A DNA stretch of 64,000 bases from Thermoanaerobaculales bacterium (lineage in GTDB: Bacteria > Acidobacteriota > Thermoanaerobaculia > Thermoanaerobaculales > Sulfomarinibacteraceae): positions 514-64,513 of the forward strand of contig JAZBOQ010000176.1 of NCBI GenBank assembly GCA_036351195.1, in the 5' to 3' direction. Under the pieces are notes generated by a model. The model saw only the letters and a list, made by a program, of their open reading frames with translations, had not been told where the DNA came from and did no database searches. Both the position numbers and the translations under genes were made by a program. Positions 26,965-35,923 of the stretch are shown here, piece after piece (position 1 is the stretch's first letter; the number at the start of each line of letters is the position of its first letter).

Positions 26965-27537
26965 TCACAAAAAGGTCGTCAGTGCTTTTCGTAATACGGT
27001 GTGGGCGCGAAAAAGTTTGTTTTTCACTGTTCCCAGCGGCATTTCCTTGAACTCGGCGATCTCCTGGTAGCTCAAACACCCGAAGTGACGCAACAGGACA
27101 AGCTCCCGATACTCCGGTCGGAGCTCCTCGATGGCCTCCCGGAGCGCCCCTGAAAGCTCGAGATTCTCGAAGTGGCCGAGGGGGTCCTTGGTGTGGTCCT
27201 CCACCACCAGCTCCACCTCGTCACCGTCGCGATCGGTGCGATACAACGCCACGGTCTTGAGTTTCTTGCGGCGGAGGTGGTCGATCCCGAGATTGTGACC
27301 GATGCGAAAAAGCCACGTCGAGAACCGATATTTGGGGTTGAATCGATCGAGGGCCGACCACGCACGAACGAAGGCCTCCTGGGAGATCTCCTTGGCGAGC
27401 TCGATGTCACCGACAAGCTGGCCGAGAAACGCGGTCAGCCGCCGCTGGTACCGCCGCACCAGCGCGGTGAAGGCGTCCTCGTCCCCATCGAGGGCGAGAC
27501 GCACCAACTGCTCATCCGAGGCCTTTTCGAAGCTCAC
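26965..27537 (-). CDS. ECF (group 4) RNA polymerase sigma factor
   Basis: Region 2 (AFTALVRRYQRRL...QEAFVRAW...F..WL.RI..N..ID.LRR) and region 4 (LR.AIE.L....RE...L....G.SY.EIA......GTVK..L.RA). The start is uncertain; GTG at 27537 gives about 190 aa. Confidence 0.8.
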   Translation of the reverse strand: MSFEKASDEQLVRLALDGDEDAFTALVRRYQRRLTAFLGQLVGDIELAKEISQEAFVRAWSALDRFNPKYRFSTWLFRIGHNLGIDHLRRKKLKTVALYRTDRDGDEVELVVEDHTKDPLGHFENLELSGALREAIEELRPEYRELVLLRHFGCLSYQEIAEFKEMPLGTVKNKLFRAHTVLRKALTTFL

Positions 27538-27631
27538 GCCGGCGCCATGATACAGGTGCCGGCTGCCGACATCGGCCCTCGCAACGAAACTTCTCGAATT
27601 GTCCGGGTTAGACTCTGCGTGGAGGTGGAAC

Positions 27632-29356
27632 GTGACCCTGACGAGGATGTCCATGGTGTTCGTGCTTGTTCTCGCCGCGGCGGCGGCCGCCGCCCAGACC
27701 GACGAGCCCGCGGAGCCTGTGGTCGAAGGCGCCGTCGGCGGCATTCCCTTCGCGGGAGAGGTTGACGTGACGGTGGTCAACGTCAACGCCTACGTCACCG
27801 ATAAGAAGGGGGTCGCCGTCACCGACCTGACAGCCGACGACTTCATTCTGACCCAGGACGGCGAGGTGAAGAAGATCACCAACTTCGGACTCTTCACCGA
27901 AGAGGTCTACCGCGGCGAGTACCGGCCCGAGGGCCCCCCTGGCCTCGCTGACGAACCGGCGCCCACCAGCGAGGGTCAACCGCTCTCCGAGGACAGCTTT
28001 CGTCCGGTCTACGTCGTGCTTTTCTTCGACAACGACAACTCACGCCCTCTCGACCGCAACCGCTTGATCAGCCAGATGCGGACGTTCGTCCGCGAAAACC
28101 TCCAGCCTCCCGTCCAGATGATGGTGATCACCTACAACAAGTCCTACGAGGTGATTCAACCCTTTACCGGCGATCAACGCGAGATTTACGACGCCCTGCG
28201 TGAGGTCAAGATGATGACCGGGGGCCGCAACGAGCTGGACAACCACCGAAAGGACATTCTTCGGGACATCGCCGAGTCCCAACGAAGCTCGCAACAGGAC
28301 TACCAACAGATGAACCGCAGCCACAATATGCTGATCGGTTTCGCCGAAGAGGAAGCCAATGCGCTGCAGTTCACCCTCGGTTCACTGCGGGACACGGTGA
28401 CCATGATGTCGGGCCTCCCCGGAAAGAAGATCATCGTCTACGTCTCCAACGGGCTGCCCATGGTGGCCGGTCTCGACCTCTTCTACGCCTACGCCAACAC
28501 CTACAACGAGTCCTCCGCCGTCACCGAGTCGGCGCGCTACAACATGAACCGGCACTACAACTCGTTGGTCTCCAACGCCAACGCCCAGGACATCAGCTTC
28601 TACACCTTCGGCGTCGGGGGCCTGGAAAACCCGGGTCTCGCCGGGTCGGAGCTCGGGATGCAGCAGGACCACATGTCGGCCAGCATCGGGATTCAGAACT
28701 ACCTGGACCCGCTGCGCTTCATGGCCGACAACACCGGCGGCGCCGCCATCGTCAATACCAACGACTTCAGCGCCGGCCTGGCGAGGGTGGCCCAGGACTT
28801 CTTCACCTACTACTCGCTCGGCTACACCCTCCACCAGAGCGGCCTCGACAAGGTGCACCGGATCAAGGTCGAGCTGCCGAATCACCCCGACTACCGGCTG
28901 CGCTATCGAAAGCGTTTCGTCGAGAAGAGCCTGGAGAGCCGGATCCAGGACAAAGTGGTCACCGGTCTCATGTTTCCCCTCGACGACAACCCCATGCAGC
29001 TCATGGTGGAGATCGGCGATCAAGCGCCGGCCGGCGAAACCCGGTGGATGGTGCCCTTCAAGCTGTCGTTCCCGATTCGCCGCGTGGCCCTGCTGCCGAC
29101 CGGCGAGGACTTCGTCGGCAACGTGACCATGTTCATCGCGGCCCGCAGCGCCAAGGGGGACCGCTCCGACGTCGTCCGCCAAACCCACGAAATCCGCATC
29201 AAGGCCGCCGACTACGACAACGCCCAACTCGATCGCTTCACCATCACCGCCAACCTCCTCATGGAGAACGGCAGCCACAATGTGGCGGTGGGGCTCCTCG
29301 ATCCCATCACTCGCGCCTCGTCGTTCACCACCACCCGGGTGACGGTTCACGAGTAG
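27632..29356 (+). CDS. secreted VWA domain protein of the Acidobacteria-associated VWFA type
   Basis: Signal peptide MSMVFVLVLAAAAAAAQ. The N-terminal VDVTVVNVNAYVTDKKGVAVTDLTADDFILTQDGEVKKITNF is the hallmark of that family, followed by a VWA-like core (YVVLFFDN). GTG start 6 nt after GGAGG. Confidence 0.8.
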   Translation: MTLTRMSMVFVLVLAAAAAAAQTDEPAEPVVEGAVGGIPFAGEVDVTVVNVNAYVTDKKGVAVTDLTADDFILTQDGEVKKITNFGLFTEEVYRGEYRPEGPPGLADEPAPTSEGQPLSEDSFRPVYVVLFFDNDNSRPLDRNRLISQMRTFVRENLQPPVQMMVITYNKSYEVIQPFTGDQREIYDALREVKMMTGGRNELDNHRKDILRDIAESQRSSQQDYQQMNRSHNMLIGFAEEEANALQFTLGSLRDTVTMMSGLPGKKIIVYVSNGLPMVAGLDLFYAYANTYNESSAVTESARYNMNRHYNSLVSNANAQDISFYTFGVGGLENPGLAGSELGMQQDHMSASIGIQNYLDPLRFMADNTGGAAIVNTNDFSAGLARVAQDFFTYYSLGYTLHQSGLDKVHRIKVELPNHPDYRLRYRKRFVEKSLESRIQDKVVTGLMFPLDDNPMQLMVEIGDQAPAGETRWMVPFKLSFPIRRVALLPTGEDFVGNVTMFIAARSAKGDRSDVVRQTHEIRIKAADYDNAQLDRFTITANLLMENGSHNVAVGLLDPITRASSFTTTRVTVHE

Positions 29357-29379
29357 CGCTGAAAGCCCCGTTCCCGGGC

Positions 29380-29883
29380 CTACTCCAGCTCGGCGAGGGC
29401 CTGGCCGGCATCCACGGTCTGCCCAGGCTCGACGTGGACCGCGGTGACCTTTCCAGCCTGGTCGGCGGTGAGTTCGTTCTCCATCTTCATGGCCTCGAGA
29501 ACCACCAGCGGCTGACCGGCCTCGACTTCGTCTCCCTCGGCCACGTGGACCTTGACCACCTTGCCGGGAATCGGCGCCTCCAGCCGGCTCGGGCCCGACG
29601 ACGCCGCGGCGGCATCCGCCTCCACCGCCTCCACCGGAGTGAGAACTTCGAAGTCGAAGTCGCGCACACCCACCCCGAGCCGCCACTCTCGACCCCTGCC
29701 ACGTTGATAGCTCACCGAGAAGCTCCGGCCGTCGGCAACGTAACGTAACGACGCGATCGCACGGTCGAGCCGGATCACGTCAACCCGCACGGCCTCGCCG
29801 TCCATCATCACCTCAAAGCCCCCCGGAACGTTCTCGACATCGACCTCGTGGGCCACGTCCGCGTTGCGAACCACCCATTTCAT
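29380..29883 (-). CDS. biotin carboxyl carrier / biotinyl domain protein
   Basis: C-terminal PIPGKVV.V.V..GD.V..GQPLVVLEAMKMENE biotinylation motif. ATGA overlap with the biotin carboxylase stop. Confidence 0.85.
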   Translation of the reverse strand: MKWVVRNADVAHEVDVENVPGGFEVMMDGEAVRVDVIRLDRAIASLRYVADGRSFSVSYQRGRGREWRLGVGVRDFDFEVLTPVEAVEADAAAASSGPSRLEAPIPGKVVKVHVAEGDEVEAGQPLVVLEAMKMENELTADQAGKVTAVHVEPGQTVDAGQALAELE

Positions 29884-31397
29884 CGTGGAAACCTCCCGTG
29901 GAGCTGTCGCACACCCTCCTGCCACCAATGACTCCCACCGGCATGGGCGTACGGGTCGTCGGCGAGAGCGCCCGCCTCCAGCGTAGCCAGGCAGGCCGCC
30001 GCCACCACCGCTGCCGCTTCGGCCTCGGGATCCTGCACCCCGTGCAGCTCGGCCAGCCGCTGTGAGGCCAGGAGCTCGTCGAGGAACCCGGTGTGGAACT
30101 CCGCCTTCTCGAACTCCTCCATCTCCACCAGAGCGCGGAAAAGGGTGAGCGTCGTCGCGATACCGCGCACCTGGTACTCCTGCAGCGCCCGGGCCAGGCG
30201 CGCCACGGCGGCCGGTCGATCCGGGGCGGTGACCACGAGCTTGGCCACCATGGGGTCGTAATCCAGCGGCACGATACTTCCCTGGAAGACCCCCGAATCG
30301 ACCCGGATTCCGGGTCCGTTGGGCCGCACCAGCAGGGTGATCTCGCCGGGTGAGGGCGCGAAATTCTTGAGCGGATCCTCGGCGTAGACCCGGCATTCGA
30401 TGGCGTGCCCCCGGGCGACGAGGTCCTCCTGGCGCAGGGACAGCTCGCGGCCGAGCGCCAGGTTGATCATCTCGCGAACCAGATCGACACCGTAGACCTC
30501 CTCGGTCACCGGGTGTTCGACCTGAAGCCGGGTGTTCATTTCGAGGAAGTAGAAACCGCCCTCCGGATCGACGAGGAACTCCACCGTTCCCACCGACTGG
30601 TAGCCGGATCCTTCGACGATGGCCAGCGCCGCCTCGCCCAACCGGCGGCGGAGATCCGCGTCCACCACCGGCGACGGGCACTCCTCGACCACCTTCTGGT
30701 GGCGCCGTTGAATCGAGCACTCCCGTTCGCCGATGTAGACGGCGTTGCCGTGCTGGTCGGCGGCGACCTGCACCTCGATGTGGCGCGCGTTGGTCACCAA
30801 CCGTTCGACATAGACCCGGTCGTCGCCGAAATAGGCGCCGCCTTCGGACCTCGCCCGATCGAACGCGGCGGCGAGCTCGGACCGGTCGTTGACCTCCCGC
30901 ATCCCTTTGCCCCCGCCCCCGGCCACCGCCTTGAGCAGAACCGGCAGCCCGTGCTCCTCGACGAAGGCCTCGAGCTGCTCGACACTCTCGAGGGGATCCA
31001 CCATCCCGGGGATGAGCGGCACCCCGGTCTCCACCGCCAGCTTGCGACTCTCGGTCTTCGACCCCATCAGGCGGATCGCCGCGGGCGGCGGCCCAACCCA
31101 GATGAGCCCCTCGTGGCCGACCCGCTCCGCGAACTCGGCGTTCTCGGCCAGAAATCCGTAGCCCGGGTGAACCAGATCGGCGCCAGCGACCTCCGCGGCT
31201 CCGAGGATGCGATCCATGTTGAGATAGCTCTCCGCCGCCGCCGCCGGCCCGATGGGGAAGGCCTGGTCGGCCATCAGGACATGCGGCGCCCGCCGGTCCA
31301 CCTCGGAGTAGACCGCGATGGTCTCGATGCCCATCTCGCGGCAGCCCCTCATGATCCGAACGGCGATCTCGCCTCGATTGGCAACCAGCAGCTTCAT
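29880..31397 (-). CDS. biotin carboxylase subunit of an acyl-CoA carboxylase
   Basis: MKLLVANRGEIAVRI.R, the ATP-grasp GGGGKGMR and the EMNTRLQVEHPVTE motif. Confidence 0.9.
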   Translation of the reverse strand: MKLLVANRGEIAVRIMRGCREMGIETIAVYSEVDRRAPHVLMADQAFPIGPAAAAESYLNMDRILGAAEVAGADLVHPGYGFLAENAEFAERVGHEGLIWVGPPPAAIRLMGSKTESRKLAVETGVPLIPGMVDPLESVEQLEAFVEEHGLPVLLKAVAGGGGKGMREVNDRSELAAAFDRARSEGGAYFGDDRVYVERLVTNARHIEVQVAADQHGNAVYIGERECSIQRRHQKVVEECPSPVVDADLRRRLGEAALAIVEGSGYQSVGTVEFLVDPEGGFYFLEMNTRLQVEHPVTEEVYGVDLVREMINLALGRELSLRQEDLVARGHAIECRVYAEDPLKNFAPSPGEITLLVRPNGPGIRVDSGVFQGSIVPLDYDPMVAKLVVTAPDRPAAVARLARALQEYQVRGIATTLTLFRALVEMEEFEKAEFHTGFLDELLASQRLAELHGVQDPEAEAAAVVAAACLATLEAGALADDPYAHAGGSHWWQEGVRQLHGRFPR

Positions 31398-31525
31398 GTC
31401 ACAACCCCGACTCTCATGTTGCCAATCCTCAACTCTAAATTCTTAATTATCAATTATTTCTCCTTCGGGACCAGGCTGTGAACAGCGATAAATCAAGAAT
31501 TCAGCATTCATCATTCAAAAATCCG

Positions 31526-33073
31526 CTAGAGCGGGATGTTCCCGTGCTTTTTGGCTGGCATGGTGTCGCGCTTGGTGGCGAGCAGAGCAAAGGCGGCGGC
31601 GAGCTTCCGCCGCAGCATCCGTGGCAGGATGACCTCGTCGATGTAGCCCTTTTCCGCCGCCACGAAGGGGTTGGCGAATTTCTCCTGGTACTCGGCCACC
31701 AGCTCGGCGCGCTTGGCCTCCGCGTCCTCGGCCCGCTGGATCTCGTGACGGTAGAGGATGTTGACCGCCCCATGGGGGCCCATGACCGCGATCTCGGCGG
31801 TCGGGAATGCGAGGTTCACATCGGTGCGGATGTGCTTGGAACCCATGACGCAGTAGGCGCCGCCATAGGCCTTCCGGGTGATGACGGTGACCTTGGGCAC
31901 CGTGGCCTCGGCCAGGGCGTACAGCAGCTTGGCGCCGTGGCGGATGATGCCACCCCACTCCTGTGCGGTGCCCGGAAGAAACCCGGGGACGTCCTCGACG
32001 ATCCAGATCGGGATGTTGAAGGCGTCACAGAAGCGAACGAATCGGGCGCCCTTGACCGACGCGTTGATGTCGAGAACCCCGGCGAGGTGGGCCGGCTGAT
32101 TGGCGATCACTCCCACCGTCCGTCCGCCGATGCGGATGAAGCCGACAACCAGGTTCTTGGCATAGTGCTGGTGGATCTCGAAGAAATCCCCGTCGTCCGC
32201 CGCCCACCGGATCAGGGTGGTGATGTCGTACGGCTTGTTGGGATCCGGCGGTACGAAGGCGTCGAGCTCGGGGATCTCGCGATCCGAGGGGTCGGAGCAC
32301 TCCACCACCGGCGGCTGCTCGGCGTTGTTGGAGGGAACGAAGGACAGCAGCTTGCGGATGGACGCGAGACACTCGGTGTCGGACCGTGAGGCGAAGTGTG
32401 CGACCCCCGACACCGAGTTGTGGGTCATGGCGCCGCCGAGCTTCTCCATGGTGACCTCTTCGTGGGTCACGGTCTTGATGACCTCCGGCCCGGTGACGAA
32501 CATGTAGGAGGACTCCTCCACCATGAAAACGAAGTCGGTGATCGCCGGCGAGTACACGGCGCCGCCGGCGCACGGTCCCATGATGGCGGAGATCTGGGGG
32601 ACGACTCCGGACGCGATGGTGTTGCGCAGGAAAATGTCCGCATACCCGGCCAGGGAACCCACCCCTTCCTGGATCCGGGCTCCTCCCGAGTCGTTGAGCC
32701 CCACCACCGGCGCCCCGACCTTCACGGCAGTGTCCATGATCTTGCAGATCTTGGCGGCATTGGTTTCGGACAGCGACCCTCCGAAGACGGTGAAGTCCTG
32801 GGCGAAGACGAAAACCGGCCGCCCGTTGACCCGGCCGTGGCCCGTCACGACGCCGTCGCCGGCGATCTTCTTCGATCCCATGCCGAAATCGGTGCAGCGA
32901 TGCTCGACGAGCCCGTCGGTCTCTTCGAAGCTGCCTTCGTCGAGAAACTGCTCGACGCGCTCCCGCGCCGTGAGCTTGCCCTGGGCGTGCTGGCGGTCGA
33001 TCTTGTCCTGCCCGCCCCCGAGCCGGCCGTTGGCCAACCGTTCCTCGACTCTTCCCAGCACATCGTTCGCCAT
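31526..33073 (-). CDS. acyl-CoA carboxylase carboxyltransferase (propionyl-CoA carboxylase beta / methylmalonyl-CoA carboxyltransferase 12S type)
   Basis: [40 protein letters not shown] and GGAYCVM motifs. Start at MANDV. Confidence 0.9.
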   Translation of the reverse strand: MANDVLGRVEERLANGRLGGGQDKIDRQHAQGKLTARERVEQFLDEGSFEETDGLVEHRCTDFGMGSKKIAGDGVVTGHGRVNGRPVFVFAQDFTVFGGSLSETNAAKICKIMDTAVKVGAPVVGLNDSGGARIQEGVGSLAGYADIFLRNTIASGVVPQISAIMGPCAGGAVYSPAITDFVFMVEESSYMFVTGPEVIKTVTHEEVTMEKLGGAMTHNSVSGVAHFASRSDTECLASIRKLLSFVPSNNAEQPPVVECSDPSDREIPELDAFVPPDPNKPYDITTLIRWAADDGDFFEIHQHYAKNLVVGFIRIGGRTVGVIANQPAHLAGVLDINASVKGARFVRFCDAFNIPIWIVEDVPGFLPGTAQEWGGIIRHGAKLLYALAEATVPKVTVITRKAYGGAYCVMGSKHIRTDVNLAFPTAEIAVMGPHGAVNILYRHEIQRAEDAEAKRAELVAEYQEKFANPFVAAEKGYIDEVILPRMLRRKLAAAFALLATKRDTMPAKKHGNIPL

Positions 33074-33141
33074 TGACCGCCTCCTCTGCACCGCCCGCCC
33101 TTATGGGTCGTCTCGGCATTCTACCGTGAATAGAAATTAAA

Positions 33142-33157
33142 GTACGAACATTCGTAC
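33142..33157. promoter_or_regulatory. perfect inverted repeat GTACGAA-CA-TTCGTAC in the divergent carboxylase/tldD promoter region
   Basis: Read directly. It is embedded in a locally AT-rich stretch (tagaaattaaaGTACGAACATTCGTACgat), about 70 nt upstream of the carboxyltransferase ATG and 52 nt upstream of the tldD GTG. Confidence 0.4.
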
Positions 33158-33208
33158 GATCCGCACCGGTTTCGGCATCGCTCCACTCCGTCCAGGTACC
33201 ATACCCGA

Positions 33209-34489
33209 GTGCACCGGCCCGCGACCGATTTCCCCGCGTTCGACACCGACTGGCTCGACGGCCTCGCCGAAGGCTGCCGCGGTCTTCGCGGCAGCCATCC
33301 GCGGTTCGAGGATCTCTACCTCGAGCGCCGCCTCGAAATCCGTGTCGCGCCGGACGCCTCCATCGATACCGTCCGGCTCGAAGGGGGCGCCGCCCGGTGG
33401 CGGTTTCCGTCCCGCTGGGCCATGCATGCCGGATCCGGCATCTCATCCGCTGCCGTTGCGGAGCTGGTTTCCCACTACGCCGACCGCCTCAAGGCGCCGC
33501 CGCGCCGTCGGACCCGAGACGGCGAGCTCAATCCGCCACCCGGCTGGATCGAGTCCGCCATCTCGCTCGCCGGCCGCGGCGTCGACGTTCGTTTCTTCAA
33601 ACGGTGGGCCGTCGTGATTCGACGCGACGGCTGGCGCGAGGTCTCCACCCCCGCCCTGATCCGAGTCGAGCAGGCTGCACCGGCTTCCGGCGCCCTCCTG
33701 GCCGTGTCCGGCCATCCCTCGTTGGCGGAATGGGTCCGGAGCCTGCTCGATCCCCCGCCCGCAAAGACCTGGAACCCGCCATCCGGAACCGCCTGCCCGG
33801 TCATCTTCACCGACGGAAGCTCGGGAGTGCTGTTGCACGAACTGGTCGGCCACATGGTGGAGGGCGATCTCGTCGCCTCCGGGCGGTCCCCACTGGCGGG
33901 GCTCGGCGGCGCCAACCTCAGCGAAGCCGAGATCGACCTCGTGGACGACCCTCGCCGCGCCGATCTCCCCGGAGCCTTCGACACCGACGACGAGGGAGTC
34001 CGTTCGGGCCCCATCACCCTGCTCCGTTCGGGTCGGCTCTGCGGCGTTCTCTGCGACCGCGAAACCGCCGAGACGTGCGGTGTCCCCGCGGGCCGGGGAC
34101 GCCGGACAGATTGGCGGCTCCCACCCATTCCGAGACTGTCCAATCTCGTCGTTCCGCCCGGGACGGGCTCGCCCCAGGACCTCGAGGCCGACCTCAAGCG
34201 CGGCCTCGTCGTCACCCGCCTCGCAGGGGCCACGGTGGACCCCGTTTCCAGTCGGGCGGTGCTGCGGGTGGAGCGCGGGCACGAAATCCGGAACGGGCGA
34301 CGGCGACGCCCACTGGGCCCCTTCGAGCTCACGGGAGGAGTCATCGAGATCCTCGCCGGCATCGATCCCACCGTCGGCGATGACCCGACCCCTGACTGGC
34401 GGCTGGGTTGGTGCCTCAAGGATGGTCTCCCGCTTCCCACCGGCTCGGAAGCGCCGACGATGTTGGTCCACCGGCTCGAGGTGCTGTGA
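33209..34489 (+). CDS. TldD family metalloprotease
   Basis: HELVGH zinc motif in the context VLLHELVGHMVEGD and a glycine-rich C-terminal region, with a TldD/PmbA-type partner immediately downstream. Confidence 0.8.
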   Translation: MHRPATDFPAFDTDWLDGLAEGCRGLRGSHPRFEDLYLERRLEIRVAPDASIDTVRLEGGAARWRFPSRWAMHAGSGISSAAVAELVSHYADRLKAPPRRRTRDGELNPPPGWIESAISLAGRGVDVRFFKRWAVVIRRDGWREVSTPALIRVEQAAPASGALLAVSGHPSLAEWVRSLLDPPPAKTWNPPSGTACPVIFTDGSSGVLLHELVGHMVEGDLVASGRSPLAGLGGANLSEAEIDLVDDPRRADLPGAFDTDDEGVRSGPITLLRSGRLCGVLCDRETAETCGVPAGRGRRTDWRLPPIPRLSNLVVPPGTGSPQDLEADLKRGLVVTRLAGATVDPVSSRAVLRVERGHEIRNGRRRRPLGPFELTGGVIEILAGIDPTVGDDPTPDWRLGWCLKDGLPLPTGSEAPTMLVHRLEVL

Positions 34490-35847
34490 TGCCCTCCGGC
34501 TCCAACACCGACGGTCTCGTTGCACGGCTGCAGGAGGTCAGTGATCGGTGCGCGTGCCTGCTGGACAGCTCCACAGCCGTGCGCTGGGAGGTCTTCGCCA
34601 AGACCTCGGTGACCCGCCAGACCGAGGTTCTGCAGGGTCGTTTGAAACGGTCGGTGCAGATCGCTGAGAGCGGCGTCGGGGTGCGGTCGTGGGACGGGAG
34701 CCGGGCGGGCTTCGCCGCGGCGTCGGCGCTCGAACCATCGTCGGCTCGCGACGCAGTCGACGCCGCCCGCGCCGGCGCGCGACCCGGCGCCGACCCCATG
34801 CCCCCGGCTCGAGTGATGGGAACGGTGCCGGTCAAACCCGGCCCCGCCATGCCGCCTCGCGGCTGGGCGCAGCACATCGCCGGCGAGCTCGGGCTCGCCC
34901 TGGCGGGCCTCTCCGGCTCGGTGCTCCGGTTGGAGCGGGCGGTCGTCCAGGAGGGCCGTTATCGCTGGACCCTGAGCACGGGTGACGGGTGGTCGGCCGA
35001 TCACGAGCGGATGGTGGCGTCTCTCCTGCTCGAGATCCTGGTCGGCGACCGGCCGGGAATCTGGCGGGAGTGGGTTCACATCTCCGATCCGGGCAGCTTC
35101 GATGCCGAGGCGATCGCCTCCCGGCTGGGCAACCGCATTCTCCTGACCCGCAACCGCGTCACCACCGACTCCGGCCTTCACGACCTCATTCTCCATCCGG
35201 AGGTAACAGCCCAGCTTCTGGCCGCGGTCTCGCCTCTCTTCCTCGCCACCGACGACGCTCGCGATCCTCTGCCGCACCTGCTCGATTCCAACGGTTTTCT
35301 GGCCGCCTTCCCGCTCACCCTGGTGGACGAGCGCTCCGATCCGACCGCCCCCGTGGTGAGCCCCTGCGACGGTGAAGGGCTCCCCGCGAAGCGGACCCTA
35401 CTGCTCGACGAGGGCGCTCCCAGGCACCGGGTTGCCAGCTGGGCCGACGCCCGTCGCTTCGACGAAATTCCTCGTGGAGGGGCCGTCCGCCTGTCCTACC
35501 GCGACCGGCCTTCCACCGGCCTGACCAACCTCAGGGTCGTGACCCGCGACGGGATGCCGCCCGGCGAGCTGCTCACCGCCAGCCGGCGTGCCCTTTACGT
35601 GCTGCGTCCGCTGGCGCCGGTGGTGTGCGACTTCGAGCGCGACACCTACAGCCTCATCGCGTCCGGAGTGTGGCTCCGCCGACAGCAGGTGCGCGGCTGG
35701 CACCCCGTGGTCGAGCTCAGCGGGAGTCTCGGAACCCTTCTGCGCCGCATCGCTGCCGTCGGCGAGGACCTGTGCTGGTTCCAAACCGCTCACGGGTTCG
35801 TGGGAGCTCCTTCGCTGCTCATCCGCCGGCAACCGGTCGTGGGGTGA
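34489..35847 (+). CDS. TldD/PmbA family protein (PmbA-like partner, no HExxxH seen)
   Basis: The ATG overlaps the tldD TGA (TGATG). Length and composition fit the family. The call rests mainly on pairing and C-terminal similarity. Confidence 0.65.
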   Translation: MPSGSNTDGLVARLQEVSDRCACLLDSSTAVRWEVFAKTSVTRQTEVLQGRLKRSVQIAESGVGVRSWDGSRAGFAAASALEPSSARDAVDAARAGARPGADPMPPARVMGTVPVKPGPAMPPRGWAQHIAGELGLALAGLSGSVLRLERAVVQEGRYRWTLSTGDGWSADHERMVASLLLEILVGDRPGIWREWVHISDPGSFDAEAIASRLGNRILLTRNRVTTDSGLHDLILHPEVTAQLLAAVSPLFLATDDARDPLPHLLDSNGFLAAFPLTLVDERSDPTAPVVSPCDGEGLPAKRTLLLDEGAPRHRVASWADARRFDEIPRGGAVRLSYRDRPSTGLTNLRVVTRDGMPPGELLTASRRALYVLRPLAPVVCDFERDTYSLIASGVWLRRQQVRGWHPVVELSGSLGTLLRRIAAVGEDLCWFQTAHGFVGAPSLLIRRQPVVG

Positions 35848-35848
35848 G

Positions 35849-35882
35849 TTGACAGTTGACAATCGACAGTTGACAGTAGAAT
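35849..35882 (+). promoter_or_regulatory. candidate ychF promoter: three TTGACA hexamers (an 11-bp direct repeat GACAGTTGACA x2) followed by TAGAAT
   Basis: Read directly: TTGACAgTTGACAatcgacagTTGACAgTAGAAT. The second TTGACA is 15 nt from TAGAAT, and the ychF ATG lies 42 nt downstream. Confidence 0.4.
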
Positions 35883-35923
35883 CCCCGTTCGGTTCGAGAT
35901 CGGTGTGGGGATGTGGAGGAATC

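Noticed and set aside
29884-30720. N-terminal 279 codons of the 446-aa minus-strand ORF
   Set aside because: They overlap the biotin carboxylase gene in another frame. Only the last 167 codons, starting at MKWVV with an ATGA junction, show the biotinyl-domain sequence.
33475-35277. 600-aa minus-strand ORF opposite tldD/pmbA, with sibling ORFs at 33397-34383 and 33443-34525
   Set aside because: These are Arg/Pro/Ser/Gly-rich antisense ORFs with no motifs, and the plus-strand genes carry the HExxGH signature.
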